The position numbers and the translations under genes were made by a program. Below the pieces are notes generated by a model. That model saw only the letters and a program-made list of their open reading frames with translations, was not told the origin of the DNA and searched no databases. Positions 15,001-27,500 of a stretch of 64,000 nucleotides of DNA are shown here, piece by piece. Source of the stretch: the human T2T-CHM13v2.0 reference genome, Homo sapiens; NCBI RefSeq assembly GCF_009914755.1, contig NC_060947.1; one strand, written 5' to 3'. How positions within the stretch are numbered: position 1 is the stretch's first letter; each line of letters starts with the position of its first letter.

Positions 15001-18000
15001 TCTCTTTGCAAATTTTAAGAAAACAGTGTTTCCTAACTGCTGAATGGAAAGAAAGTTTTAACTCTCTCAGAAGAATGCACACATCACAAAACGATTTCTC
15101 AGATAACTTCCTTATAGTTTTTATCCTGTGATATTTGCTTTTTTGCTGTTGACCTCAAAGAGCTCCCAAATGTAAATTTGCAGAATGGACAAAAACGGTG
15201 TTTTGAAACTGCTTAATCCAAAGAAAGTTTAACTCTGTGAGATGAATACATTCATCACAAACCAGTTTCTCAGAAAGATTCTTTCTAGTTTTTATCTGAA
15301 GTTTTTCCTTTTTCACCATAGGCCACTTGGTGCTCCCAAATATCCCGTCAGAGATTCTACAAAAACTGTGTTTCCCAACTGTTGAATGAAAAGAAATGTT
15401 TAATACTGTGTGTTGAATGCACATATCACAAAGCTGTTTCTCAGATAGCTACCTTCTTGTTTCTAACCTGGGACATTCAGAATGCTTTAAAACTGTGATA
15501 TGAATGCACACACCACAAAGCAGTTTCTCACAAAGCTTGTTTCTTATTTGCAATTGAAGGTATTTAATGTTCACTGTAGGATTCAATGCACTCCCAAATA
15601 TCCCTTCATGGATTCTATGAAAACAGTTTTTCCAAACTACTGGATGAAAAGAAAGTTTTAACGTTGCTAGATGAATGCACACATCACAAAACTGTTTCTC
15701 AGATAGCTTCCTTCTAGTTGTTATCCTGAGATATTGACTTTTTTGCCATTGGCCTCAATGAGCTCCCAAATGTACATTCGCAGAAAGGAAAAAAACAGTT
15801 TTGGAATATTCACTTTTTTGCCTTGTCCTCAATGAGATCCCAAATGTCAATTTTGCAACATGGACAAAAACTCTTTCCAAAATCCTGACTCCAAAGCTTT
15901 CACCCTGGATGAAGGCACACATCACAAAGCAGTTTTTCAGAAAGAATCTTTCTAATTTTTTTATGAAGATATTTCCTTTTTCACTTAGGCCTGAATGTGC
16001 TCCCAAATTTCCCTTCAGAGATTCTACAAAAACAGTGTTTCCAAACTGCAGAATGAAAAGAAATATTTAACTCAGCTGGATGAATGCACACATCAAAAAG
16101 CAGTTTCTCAGAAAGCTTCTTTCTAGTTTTTATCTGAAGATATTTCCTTTTTCACCATAGACCTAAATGTGTTCCCAAATATCCCTTGAGAGATTCTACA
16201 AAAACAGTGTTTCCAAACTGCTGAATGAAAAGAAAGGTTGAAATCTGCGAGATGAGTGCACACATCACAAAGCAGTTTCTCATATAGCTTTGTTCTTGTT
16301 TTTATCCTGGGATATTAGCTTTTTCGCCTTTGGCCCCAATGAGCTCCCAAATGTTCATTTGCAGCATGGACAAAAACAGTGTTATGAAACTGCTGAATCC
16401 AAAGAAAGATTTAACTCTGTGAGATGAATGCACACATCCCAAAGCAGTTTCTCATTAAGCTTCTTTAAGTTTTAATCTGAAGATATTTCCTTTCTCACCA
16501 TAGACCTCAATGTGCTACCAAATATCTCTTCACAGATTCTAAGAAAATAGTAGTTCCACACTGCTGAATGAAGAGAAAGTTTTAATTCTGTGAGATGAAT
16601 GCACACATCACAAATTGGTATCTCAGATCACTTCCTTCTAGTTTTTATCCTGGGATATTCACTTTTTCGCCATTGGCTTCAATGAGGTCCCAAATGTCCA
16701 CTTGCAGAATGGACAAAAACTCTTTGTGCAAACTGCTGATCACAAGGAAAGGTTTAACTCTGTCCACACATCAAAAAGTAGTCTCTCAGAAAAGTTCTTC
16801 TTAGTATTTATCTGAAAATATTTCCTTTTTCACCATAGGCCTCATTGCACTACCAAATATCTCTTCGCAGATTCTAGGAAAACATTGTTTCCAAACTGCT
16901 GAATGAAAAGAAAAATTTAACTCTGTGAGAAGAATGCACACATCACAAGTCGATTTCTCAGATAACTTCCTTCTAATTTTTACCCTGGCATATTCATTTT
17001 TTGCCATTGGCTTCAAAGAGCTCCCAAATGTCCATTCATAGAATGGACAAAAACAATGCTTCCAAACAGCTGAACCCAAAGAAAGGTTTAACTCTGTGAG
17101 ATGGATGAACACATCACCAAGGAGTTTCTCAGAAAGCTTATTTCTAGTTTTTATCTGACTTTCTGACTATGTTCACTTTTTCACCATAGGCTTCAATGCG
17201 TTCCCAAATATCCTTTCGCAGATTCTACAAAAGCAATGTTGCCACACTGCTGAATGAAAAGAAAGGTTTAACACTGTCAGATGAATGCACACAACACAGA
17301 GCAGTTTCTCATATATCTTCCTTCTAGTTTTTATCCTGGAATATTAACATTATCACCATTGGCCACAATAAGCTCCCACATGTCCATTCACAGAATGAAC
17401 AAAAACAATGTTTCCAAACAGCTAAATCCAAAGAAAGGTTTAACTCTGTGAGATGAATGCACACATCCCAAAGCAGTTTCTCATTGAGCTTCTTCCTAGT
17501 TTTTATCTGAAGATATTTTCCTTTTCACCATAAGCCTCAATACCCTACCAAATATCTCTTTGCAGATTCTAAAAAAACAGTGTTTCAAAAATGCTGAATG
17601 AAAAGAAAAGTTTAACTCTGTGAGATGCATGCACACATCACAAATCTGTTTCTCAGAAAGCTTCTTTCAGTTTCCATCTGAAGATATTTCCTTTTTCACC
17701 ATAGGCCTCAAGATGCTACCAAATATCTCTTAACAGATTCTAAGAAAACAGTGTTTCCAAACTGCTGAATGAAAAGAAACGTTTCACTCTGTGAGATGAA
17801 TGCACACATCACAAATTGATCTCTCAGATAATGTGCTTCTAGTTTTTATCCTGGGATATTTACATTTTCACCTTTGGCCTCAATGAGCTCCCTAATGTCC
17901 ATTCGAAGAATGGACAAAAACAGAGTTACCAAACTGCTGAATCCAAAGAAAGGTTTAACTCTGTGAGATTAATGCACACGTCACAAAGCAGTTTCTCAGA

Positions 18001-21000
18001 AATCTTCTGTCTAGTTTTAATCTGAAGTTATTTTCTTTTTCACCAAAGACCCCTTTGCCCTACAAAATATCTCTTTGCAGATTCTAAGAAAACAGTGTTT
18101 CCAAACTGTTGAATGAAAAGAAAGATTTAAATCTGTGAGGTGAATGAACACGTCAGAAATTGGTTTCTCAGACAACTTCCTTCTAGTTTTTATTCTGGGA
18201 TATTTGCTTTTCCGCCATTGGCTTCAATGAGCTCCAAAATGTCCATTTGCAGAATAGACAAAAACAGTGTTACACACTGCTGAATCCAAAGAAAGGTTTA
18301 ACTATGTGAGATGAATTAGCAAATCACAAAACAATTTCTCAGAAAGCTTTTTTCTAGTTCTGGTCTCAAGATATTTCCTTTTTCACAATAGGCCTCAATG
18401 CACTGCCAAATATCCCTTCACAGATGCTACAAAAAGACTGTTTCCAAACTGCTGAATGAAAAGACAGTTTTAACTCTGCAAGATGAATGCATACATCACA
18501 AAGCTGTTTCCTGGAGGGCTTCCTTCTAGTTTTTGTCTTCGGATATGCACTAGCAAATATCCCTTTGCAAATTCCAAGAAAACAGTGTTTCCAAACTGCT
18601 GAATGAAAAGAAAAATTAACTCTTTGCAATTAATGCACACATCACAAGTCGATTTCTCAGATAACATGCTTCTGGTTTTTATTCTGTGATGTCTGCTTTT
18701 TCACCATTGGCCTCAATGAGCTCCCTAATCTCTTCTTTCACAGAATGGACAAAAACAGTGTTTCAAAACAGCTGAATCCAAAGAAATTTTTAACTCTGTA
18801 AGATAAATGAACAAATCACTGTTTCTCAGAAAGCTTCTTTCTAGTTTTTACCTGAATATAATCTCTTTTTCACCACGAGCCTCAATGTGCTCCTAAATAT
18901 CCCTTCGCAGATACTACAAAAACAATGTTTCCAAACTGCTGAATGAAAAGAAAGGTTTAACTGTGCCAGATGAATGCACACAACACAGAGCAGTTTCTCC
19001 GATACCTTCCTTCTAGTTTTTACCCTGGGATATTGGCTTTTTCACCACTGGCCTCAATAAGCTCCCTAGTGTCCATTTGAAGAATGTACAAAAATGGTGT
19101 TACCAAACTGCTGAATGCAAAGAAAGGTTTAACTCTCTGAGACTAATGAACACATTACAAAGCAGTTTCTCAGAAAGCTGCTTTCTAGTTTTTATCGAAG
19201 ATATATTTCCTTTTTCACCACAGGCCTCAATGCGCTTCCAAATTTCCCTTCTCAGATTATACTAAAACAGTGTTTCAAAACTGCTGAATGAAAAGAAAGG
19301 TTTAACCCTGTGAGATAAATGCATACATCACAAAGTGGTTTCTCAGAGAGCTTCCTTCTAGTTTTTATCCTGGGATATTCTCTTTTTCATCATTGGTCTC
19401 AATAAGCTCCCTAGTGTCCATTTGAAGAGTGTACAAAAACCATGTTACCAAACTGCTGAATCCAAAGAAATGTTTAACTCTGTAAGATGAATGCACACAT
19501 CACAAAGCAGTTTCTCGGAAAGCTTCTTTCTCTTTTTAATCTGAAATTATTTTATTTTTCACCTTAGTCCTCTTTGTGCTACAAAATATCTCTTCACAGA
19601 TTCTAAGAAAACAGTGTTTCCAATCTGCTGAATGAAAAAAGGGGTTTAACTCTGTGAGATGAGTGCACACATCACAAATCAGTTTCTCAGATAACTTCCT
19701 TCTAGTGTATATCCTGGGATAATCGCTTTTTCGCCAATGGCATCAATGAGCTTCCAAATGTCCATTTGCAGAATGGACACAAACAGTGTTACCAAACTGA
19801 TAAATCCAAGGACAGATTAACTCTGTGTGTTGAATGAACACATGCCAAAGCAGTTTCTCATTAAACTTCTTTCTAGATTTTATCTGAAAATATTTCCTTT
19901 TTCACCCTAGGCCTCATTGCACCACCAAATATCTCTTCACACTTTCCAAGAAAACAGTGTTTCAAAACTGCTAGATGAAAAGAAATGTTTAATTCTGTGA
20001 GATGAATGCACACATCACAAATCGGTTTCTCAGATAACGTGCTTCTAGTTTTTATACTGGGATATTTGCTTTTTCACCATTGGCCTCAAAGAGCTCCAAA
20101 ATGTACAGTTGCAGAATGGACAAAAACAGTGTTTCCAAACTGCTGAATCCAAAGTTAGATTTAACTCCATAAGACAAATGAACTCATGACAAAGCAGTTA
20201 CTCAAAAATCTTATTTCTATTTTTTTTCTGAAGGTATTTCCTTTTTCACCATAGGCCTCAGTGTGCTGTGAAATATCCTTTCACATATTCTAAGAAAACA
20301 GTGTTTGCAAACTGCTGAATGAAAAAGAAAGGTTTAACTCTGTGAGATGAATGCACATATCACAAATCAATTTCACAGACAACGTGCTTCTAGTTTTTAT
20401 CCTGCGATATTCACTTTTTCGCATTTGGCCTCTATTAACTCCCAAATGTTCATTCACAGAATGGACAAAAACAGTGTTCCCAAACTGCTGAATCCAAAGA
20501 AAGTTTTAACTCTGTAAAATGAATGAACACATGACTAAGCAGTTTCTCAGAAAGCTTCTTTCTATTTTTTACCCAAATATATTCCCTTTTTCATCATAGG
20601 CCTCAAAGTGCTCCAATATCCCTTCTCAGATTCTACAAAAACAATGTTTCCAAACAGTTGAATGAAAAGAAAGGTTTAACTCTGTGAGATGAATGCATAC
20701 AACACAGAGTGGATTCTCATATTTCTTCCTTCTAGTTTTTATCGTGGAATATTCACTTTTTTGCCATTTGCATCAATGAGCCCCTTAATGTCCTTTAGCA
20801 GAATGGACAAAAACAGTGTTACCAAACTGCTGAATACAAAGAAAGGTTTAACTCTGTGAGATGAATGAGCACATCACAAAGCAGTTTCTCAGATATCTTC
20901 CTTATAGTTTTTATCCAGGGATATTCACTTTTTCACCATTGGCCTCAATATGCTCCCAAATATCCCTTCAGAGATTCTACAAAAACGGTGTTTCCAACGT

Positions 21001-22940
21001 GCTGAATGAAAAGAAAATTTAAAACTGTCAGATGAATGCACACGTCACAAGGCATTTTCTCAGATATCTTCCTTTTAGTTTTTTTCCTGGTATATTCACT
21101 TTTTGGCCATTGGCCTCATTGAGCTCCCAAACGTCCATTTCCATAATGGAAAAAAACAGTGTTACCAAACTGCTGAATGCAAAAAAAGGTTTCACTCTGT
21201 CAGGTGAACGAATACATCACAAACTAGTTTCCAAGAAAGTTTCTTTCTAGTATTTATCTGAAGATATTTCCTTTTTCACAATAGGCCTCAATTCACTGCC
21301 AAATATCTCTTTGCAGATTCTACAAAAACAGTGTTTCCTAACTGCTGAATGAAAAGAAGGGTTTAACTCTGTGAGATGAATGCATACATCACAAAGAGGT
21401 TTCTCAGAGATTCCTTCTAGATTTTATCCTGGAATATTCCCTTTTTCGCCATTGGCCTCAATGAGCTCCCAAATGTCCATTCGCAGAACGGACAAAAACA
21501 GTGCTACCAAACTGCTGAATCCAAAGAAAGGTTTAATTCTCAGAGATGAATGAACACATCACAAAGCAGTTTCTCGGAAACCTACCTTCTAGTGTTTATC
21601 CTTAGATATTTCCTTTTTTGCCATAGGCCTCAATGCATTGCAAATATCCCTTCTAAGGTCGTACCTAAACAGTGAATCCAAACTGCTAAATGAAAAGAAA
21701 GGTTTAACTCTGTGAGATGAATGCACATATCACAGAGCAGCTTCTCAGAGAGCTTCCTTTTAGTTTTTATCCTGGGATAGTCACTTTTTTGCCACTGGCA
21801 TCAATGAGCTCCCAAATGTCCATTCACAGAAAGGACAAAAACAGTGTTACTAAGCTGATGAATCCAAGGAAGGATTAACTCTGTGTGTTGAATGCACACA
21901 TCCCAAAGTCATTTCTCATTAAGCTTCCTTCTAGTTTTTATCTGAAAATATTTCCTTTTTCACCTCAGGCTTCATTGCACTACCATATATCTCTTCGCAT
22001 GTCCTAAGAAAACAGTGTTTTGAAACTGATGAATGAAAACAAAGGTTTAACTCTGTGAGATGAATGCACACATCACAAATCAATTTCTCAGACCACCTGC
22101 TTCCAGTTTTTATCCTGGGATATTTGCTTTTTCACCATTGGCTTCAAAGAACTCCAAAAGGCCTCTTTGCGGAATGGACCAAAACAGTTTTTCCAAGCTG
22201 CTGAATCCAAAGAAAGGATTAACTCTGTAAGATGGATGAACAAATCACAAAGCAGTTTCTCAGAAAGCTTCCTTCTAGTTTTTATCTGAAGATATTTCCT
22301 TTTTCACAACGGGCCACAATGTGCTGCCAAATATCCCTTTGCAGATTCTAAGAAAACAGTGTTTCCAAATTGCTGATTGAAAAGCAAAGTTTAATTCTGT
22401 GAGATGAATGCACACATCACAAATTGGTTTATCAAATAACGTGCTTCTAGTTTTTATCCTGGGATATTCGCTTTTTTGCAGTTGGCCTCAATTAGCTCCC
22501 AAATGTCCACTGGAATAATGAGCAAAAACAGTGTTTCCAAACTGCTGAACGCAAAGAAAGCTTTACCTCTATGAGATGAATGAACACATCACAAAGCAGT
22601 TTCTCAGAAAGCTTCTTTATTGTTTTTATCTATATATAACTCCTTTTTCACTGTAGACCTCAATGCACAGCCAAATATCCTTTCACAGATTCTACAAAAG
22701 AGTTTTTCCACACTGCTGGATGAAAAGAAAGGTTTAACTCTGAGAGTTGAATACGCACATCACAAATTGGTTTCTCAGATAACATGCTTCTAGTTTTTAT
22801 CCTTGGATATTCGCTTTTACACCATTGGCCTAAATGAACTCCCAAATGTCCATTTGCAGAATGGACAAACATTGTTTCCAAACTGCTGAATCCAAAGAAT
22901 GGTTTAACTCTGTATGATGAATGCACACAACAGAAATCAG
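1..22940 (-). repeat. Alpha satellite, diverged dimeric block (two ~172-bp monomer types, loosely alternating, ~344-bp period)
   Basis: Tandem units are the reverse complement of the alphoid consensus. Type 1 reads TTTTTATCTGAAGATATTTCCTTTTTCACCATAGGCCTCAATG...GATTCTACAAAAACAG...CTGAATGAAAAGAAAGG. Type 2 reads TTTTTATCCTGGGATATTCRCTTTTTYRCCATTGGCCTCAATGAGCTCCCAAATGTCCATT...AGAATGGACAAAAACAG...CTGAATCCAAAGAAAGG. AATGCACAC at 3479 and 3651 gives 172-bp spacing. The right boundary is approximate. Confidence 0.96.
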
Positions 22941-23688
22941 TTTCTCAGAATTATTCTGTCTAATTTGTACTGGAAGATATTTCCTTTTATAACATGGTCC
23001 TCAACGCAAATCCAAATATCCCTTTGCGGATTTTACAAACACTGTGTTTCCAAGCTGCCCAATCAAAAGAATGCTTTAACTATGTTAGATGAATGCACAT
23101 ATCACAAAAAAATTCTCAGAAACTTTCTTTCTAGTGTGTATTGGAAGATATATCATTTTTAACCATAAGCCTCAATGTACTCCGAAATCTCCGTCGACAG
23201 ATACTACCAAAACTGTGTTTCCAAACAGCTCAATGAAAAGAAAAGTTTAACTTTGTGAGACGAATGCATGTATCGCAAAGCAGTTTCTCAGAAAGCTTCT
23301 TTCTGGTTTATATGTGAGGATATTTCCTTTTTCAACATAGGCATTAATGTGCTCCCAAATATCCTTTGCAGATTCTACCAAAAGACTGTTTCCAAACTGC
23401 TCAATCAAAAGAATGGTTCAACTCTGTGAGATGAATGCACACATCACAAAGAAGTTACTCAGAAAGCTTCTGTCCAGTTTTTATGTGAAGATATTTCCTT
23501 TTTCACCATAGGCCTCAAAGCACTCCCAAATATCCCTTTGCAGGTTCTACAAAAAGACTGTTTCCAAACTGCTAAATCAAAAGAATGGTTCATTTCTGTG
23601 AGATGAATCCACACATCACAAAGAAGTTTCTCAGAATGTTTCTGTCCAGGTTTTATGTGAAGATATTTCCTTTTTCAACATAGGCCCC
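22941..23688 (-). repeat. Alpha satellite, ~4 monomers of monomeric type (CTGCTCAATCAAAAGA / TCTGTC class), minus orientation
   Basis: The dimer type-2 signature (CCTGGGATATT, GAATGGACAAA) disappears after ~22.9 kb. Monomers now carry AAAAGACTGTTTCCAAACTGCTCAATCAAAAG, like the block right of the LTR. Confidence 0.85.
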
Positions 23689-24585
23689 TATTGCGGGATC
23701 CGGCCAGCAGCCCTCAATGCAACAGGGATCTCTCTTTGTTCCTAGGCAGATCAACAGGTTGAGAAATAAAAGACACACAAAAGATAGTGAAAGTTGGGTC
23801 CATGGGGGTCTCTGCCTTCTGGTCCCACAGTGCCAACAATGCACTGGATACACCAGCATTTATTATTAAGTTTAGTGAGGGCGGGGGTAGGTTAGTGAGG
23901 GATTTAGGGTCATTTGATTATGAGGTGAGATGGTCACATGGGGATGAAGTACTTCTTTAACATAACATTTGTATGTAGAAGTACAGTACATTTGTATATA
24001 GAAGTACAGTATACAGAGATAAGAATTTACAATATAGTGTGTGTGTCAGTAATTTCTAACAGAGCCTTAGAACAGAAACACAACCTTTCCATAAACTATG
24101 ATTAACAAAATATTAATCAACAGTAACATTTGCCACAAAAGCTGGTTACAAACAATCCATGGAAAGAGGACGTGAAGCTAGGCAACTGGTTAGACCAGAA
24201 ATTCTCAGAAGGGAGTATGCCTTAAACCTAAAGAGGCCTAGAAGAGCCGTGGCAAGATGAGGGCATTTATAGCCCCATCTTATCCATAAGGACAGGCGCC
24301 CAACATGCAACTGTTTATAGGCTTTCCACAAGGGTCACATTCCATTCCCAGAGCTATAAACATCTGCTTTTCTGGGATAAGAATCCTGGTGATGTGAAAC
24401 CTCCCTGAATGCCCGTCCTTTCAGAGGCTCGCTGCAGGGGGAAGCACATCATGTGCCGTTGGCTCGTTATGGCAGTCTAACTTGGCATTGTCTTTATACA
24501 ATCCTGCATACAATTTTGTATTTACAATAATCAGGAGCACTTCATCTTTTATTCCATAGCAATAGTTTCAGGGGGACTCAATACA
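23689..24585 (-). mobile_element. Solo LTR of an ERVK-class (HML) endogenous retrovirus, most similar to MER11D from memory
   Basis: An 897-bp non-satellite island. The minus strand starts TGTATTGAGTCCCCCTGAAACTATTGCTATGGAATAAAAGATG and ends ...GCTGCTGGCCGGATCCCGCAATA. It has TATAAA motifs and a downstream AATAAA on the minus strand and no gag/pol. The family name is recalled, not searched. Confidence 0.8.
23859..24319 (-). promoter_or_regulatory. Candidate LTR TATA boxes (TATAAA at 24314-24319 and 24266-24271) and polyadenylation signal (AATAAA at 23859-23864)
   Basis: The motifs are read directly on the minus strand in U3-to-R order. Function is not demonstrated. Confidence 0.4.
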
Positions 24586-27500
24586 GTAAACGTTTCTTTT
24601 CATTGAGCAGTTTCGAATTTCTGTTCTTGTAGAGTCTGCAAAGGGATATTTGTGAGTGCATTGAGGCCTATCCTGAAAAAGGAAATATCATCACATAAAA
24701 ACTAGACAGAAGCTCTCTGAGACACTTCTTTGTGATGTATGCATTCATCTCAGAAATTTGAACCACTCTTTTGATTCAGCAGATTGGAAACAGTGTTTTT
24801 GTAGAATCTGCAAAGGGATATTTGAGAGCCCTTTGAGGCCTATGGTGAAAAAGGAAATATCTTCACATAAAAACTAGACAGAAGCCTTCTGAGAAACTTC
24901 TTCATGATGTGTGCATTCATCTCACAGAGTTGAACCATTCTTTTGATTGAGTAGTTTGGAAACAGTCTTTTTGTAGAATTTGGAAAGAGATCTTTGTGAG
25001 TGGTTTGAGGCCTATGGTGAAAAAGGAAATATCTTCACATAGAAACTATACGGAATCATTCTGAGAAAGTTATTTGTGATGTGTGTGTGCATCTCACAGA
25101 GGGGAACCTTTCTTTTGATTGAGCAATTTGGAAACAGACATTTTGTAGAATCTGCAAAGGGATACTTGTGAGCGCTTTGAGGCATATGGTGAAAAAGCAA
25201 ATATCTTCATATAAAAAGTTGACAGAAGTTTTCTGAGAAACTTCTTTGTGATTTATGCATTCATCTCAAAGAGTAGAACGTTTCTTTTGACTGAGCAGTT
25301 TGGAACCAGTCTTTTTGTAGAATCTGCAAAGGGATATTTGTGAGCGCTTTGAGGCCTATGGTGAAAAAGGAAATATCTTCACATAAAAACTAGAAAGAAG
25401 CTTTCAGAGAAACTTCTTTGTGATGTCTGCATGCATATCACAGAGTTGAAACTTTCTTTTGATTGAGGAGCTTGGAAACAGTCTTTTTGTAGAATCTGCA
25501 AAGAGATATTAGTGACCCCTTTGAGGCCTATGGTGAAAAAGGAAATATCTTCACATAAAAACTAGACAGAAGGTTTCTCAGAAACTGCTTTGTGATGTGT
25601 GCATTCATCTCACAGAGGTAAAAATTTCTTCTCATTGAGCAGATTGGAAAATCCGTTCTTGTAGAATCTTCAAAGGGGCATTTGAGAGCACTTCGAAGCC
25701 TGTGGTGAAAAAGGTAAAATCTTCACATAGAAACTAGACAGAAGCTTTCTGAGAATCTTTTTTGTGATGTGTGCATTCAGCTCAAAGAGTTGAACATTTC
25801 TTTTGATAGAGCAGTTTAGAACCCGTCTTTTTGTAGAATCTGCAAAGGGATATTTGTGAGCGCTTTGAGGCCTATGGTGAAAAAGTAAATATCTTCACCT
25901 AAAAACTAGACACAAGAGTTTGAGAAACGTCTTTATGATGTGCGCATTCATCTCAAAGAGTTTAACGTTCCTTTTGATTGAGCAGTTTGGAAACAATCTT
26001 TGGTAGAATCTGCAAAGGGATATTTGTGAGCCCTTTGCGGCCTGTGCTAAAAAGGAAATATCTTCAAAGAAAAACTAGACAGAAAGTTTCTGAGGTACTG
26101 TTTTGTGATGTGTGCTGTCATAGAGCACACTGGAAACTGTTCTTGTAGAACCTGCAATGGGATATTTGTGAGCGCTTTGAGGCCCATGATGAAAAAGGAA
26201 ATGTCTTCACATAGGAACTACACAGAAGCTTTCTGAGAAACTTCTTTGTGATGTGTGCATGTATGTCACAGTGTTGAAACTTTTTTCTGTTTGAGCAGGT
26301 TGGAAATTGTCTTTTTGTAGAATCTGCAAAGGGATATTTGTGAGCGCTTTGAGACCTATGGTGAAAAAGGAAATATCTTCACATATTAACTAGACAGAAG
26401 CTTTCTGAGAAATCTCCTTATGATGTGTGCATTCATCTCACAAAGTTGAACTTTCTTTTAATTGAGCAGTTTGGAAACAGTCTTTTTTTGGAATCAGCAA
26501 AGGGATATTTGTCAGTGATTTGAGGCGTGCGGTGAAAAAGGAAATATCTTAACAGAAAAATTAGACAGAAGCTTTCTGAGAACCTTCTGTGTGATGTGTG
26601 CATTCATCTCACAGAGGTGAACCTTTCTTTGATTGAGCAGTTTGGAAACAGTCTTTTTGTAGAATCTGCAAAGGGATATTTGAGCCCATTGTGGCCTATG
26701 GTGAAAAAGGAAATATCTTCACATATTAACTAGACAGAAGGTTTCTGAGAAATCTCTTTATGATGTGTGCATTCATCTCACAAAGTTGAAACTTTCTTTT
26801 AATTGAGCAGTTTGGAAACAGTCTTTTTTTGGAATCAGCAAAGGGATATTTGTCAGCGCTTTGTGGTGTGTGGTGAAAAAGGAAATATCTTAACCTAAAA
26901 ATTAGACAGAAGCTTTCTGAGAAACTTCTGTGTGATGTGTGCATTCATCTCACAGAGATTAACATTTCTTTGACTGAGCAGTTTGGAAACAGTCTTTTTG
27001 TAGAATCTGCAAAGGGATATTTGTGAGCCCATTGAGGCCTATGGTGAAAAAGAAAATATCTTCACATAAAAACTAGACAGAAGGTTTCTGAGAAACTGCT
27101 TTGTGATATGTGAATTCATCTCACAGAGGTAAACGTGTCTTTTCATTGAGCAGTTTGGAAATTCTATTCTTGTAGAATCTGCAGAGGGATATTTGTGAGC
27201 CATTTGAGGCCTATGGTGAAAAAGGAAAAATCTTCACATAAAAACTAGACAGAAGCTTTCTGAGAAACTTCTTTGTGATGTGTGCATGCATCTCACAGTG
27301 TTGAACCTTTCTTTTGGTTGACCACTTTGGAAACAGTCTTTTTGTAGAATCTGAAAAGGGATATTTGTGAGCTCTTTGATGCCTACCATAAAAAATGAAA
27401 TATCTTCACAAAAAAACTAGACAGACGCTTTCTGAGAAACTTCTTTGTGATGTGTGCATTCATCTCACAGAGCTACACATGTCTTTTGATTGAATAGTTT

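Noticed and set aside
23653-24331. Short ORFs within the LTR
   Set aside because: They are not retroviral protein-like and are chance ORFs in non-coding LTR sequence.
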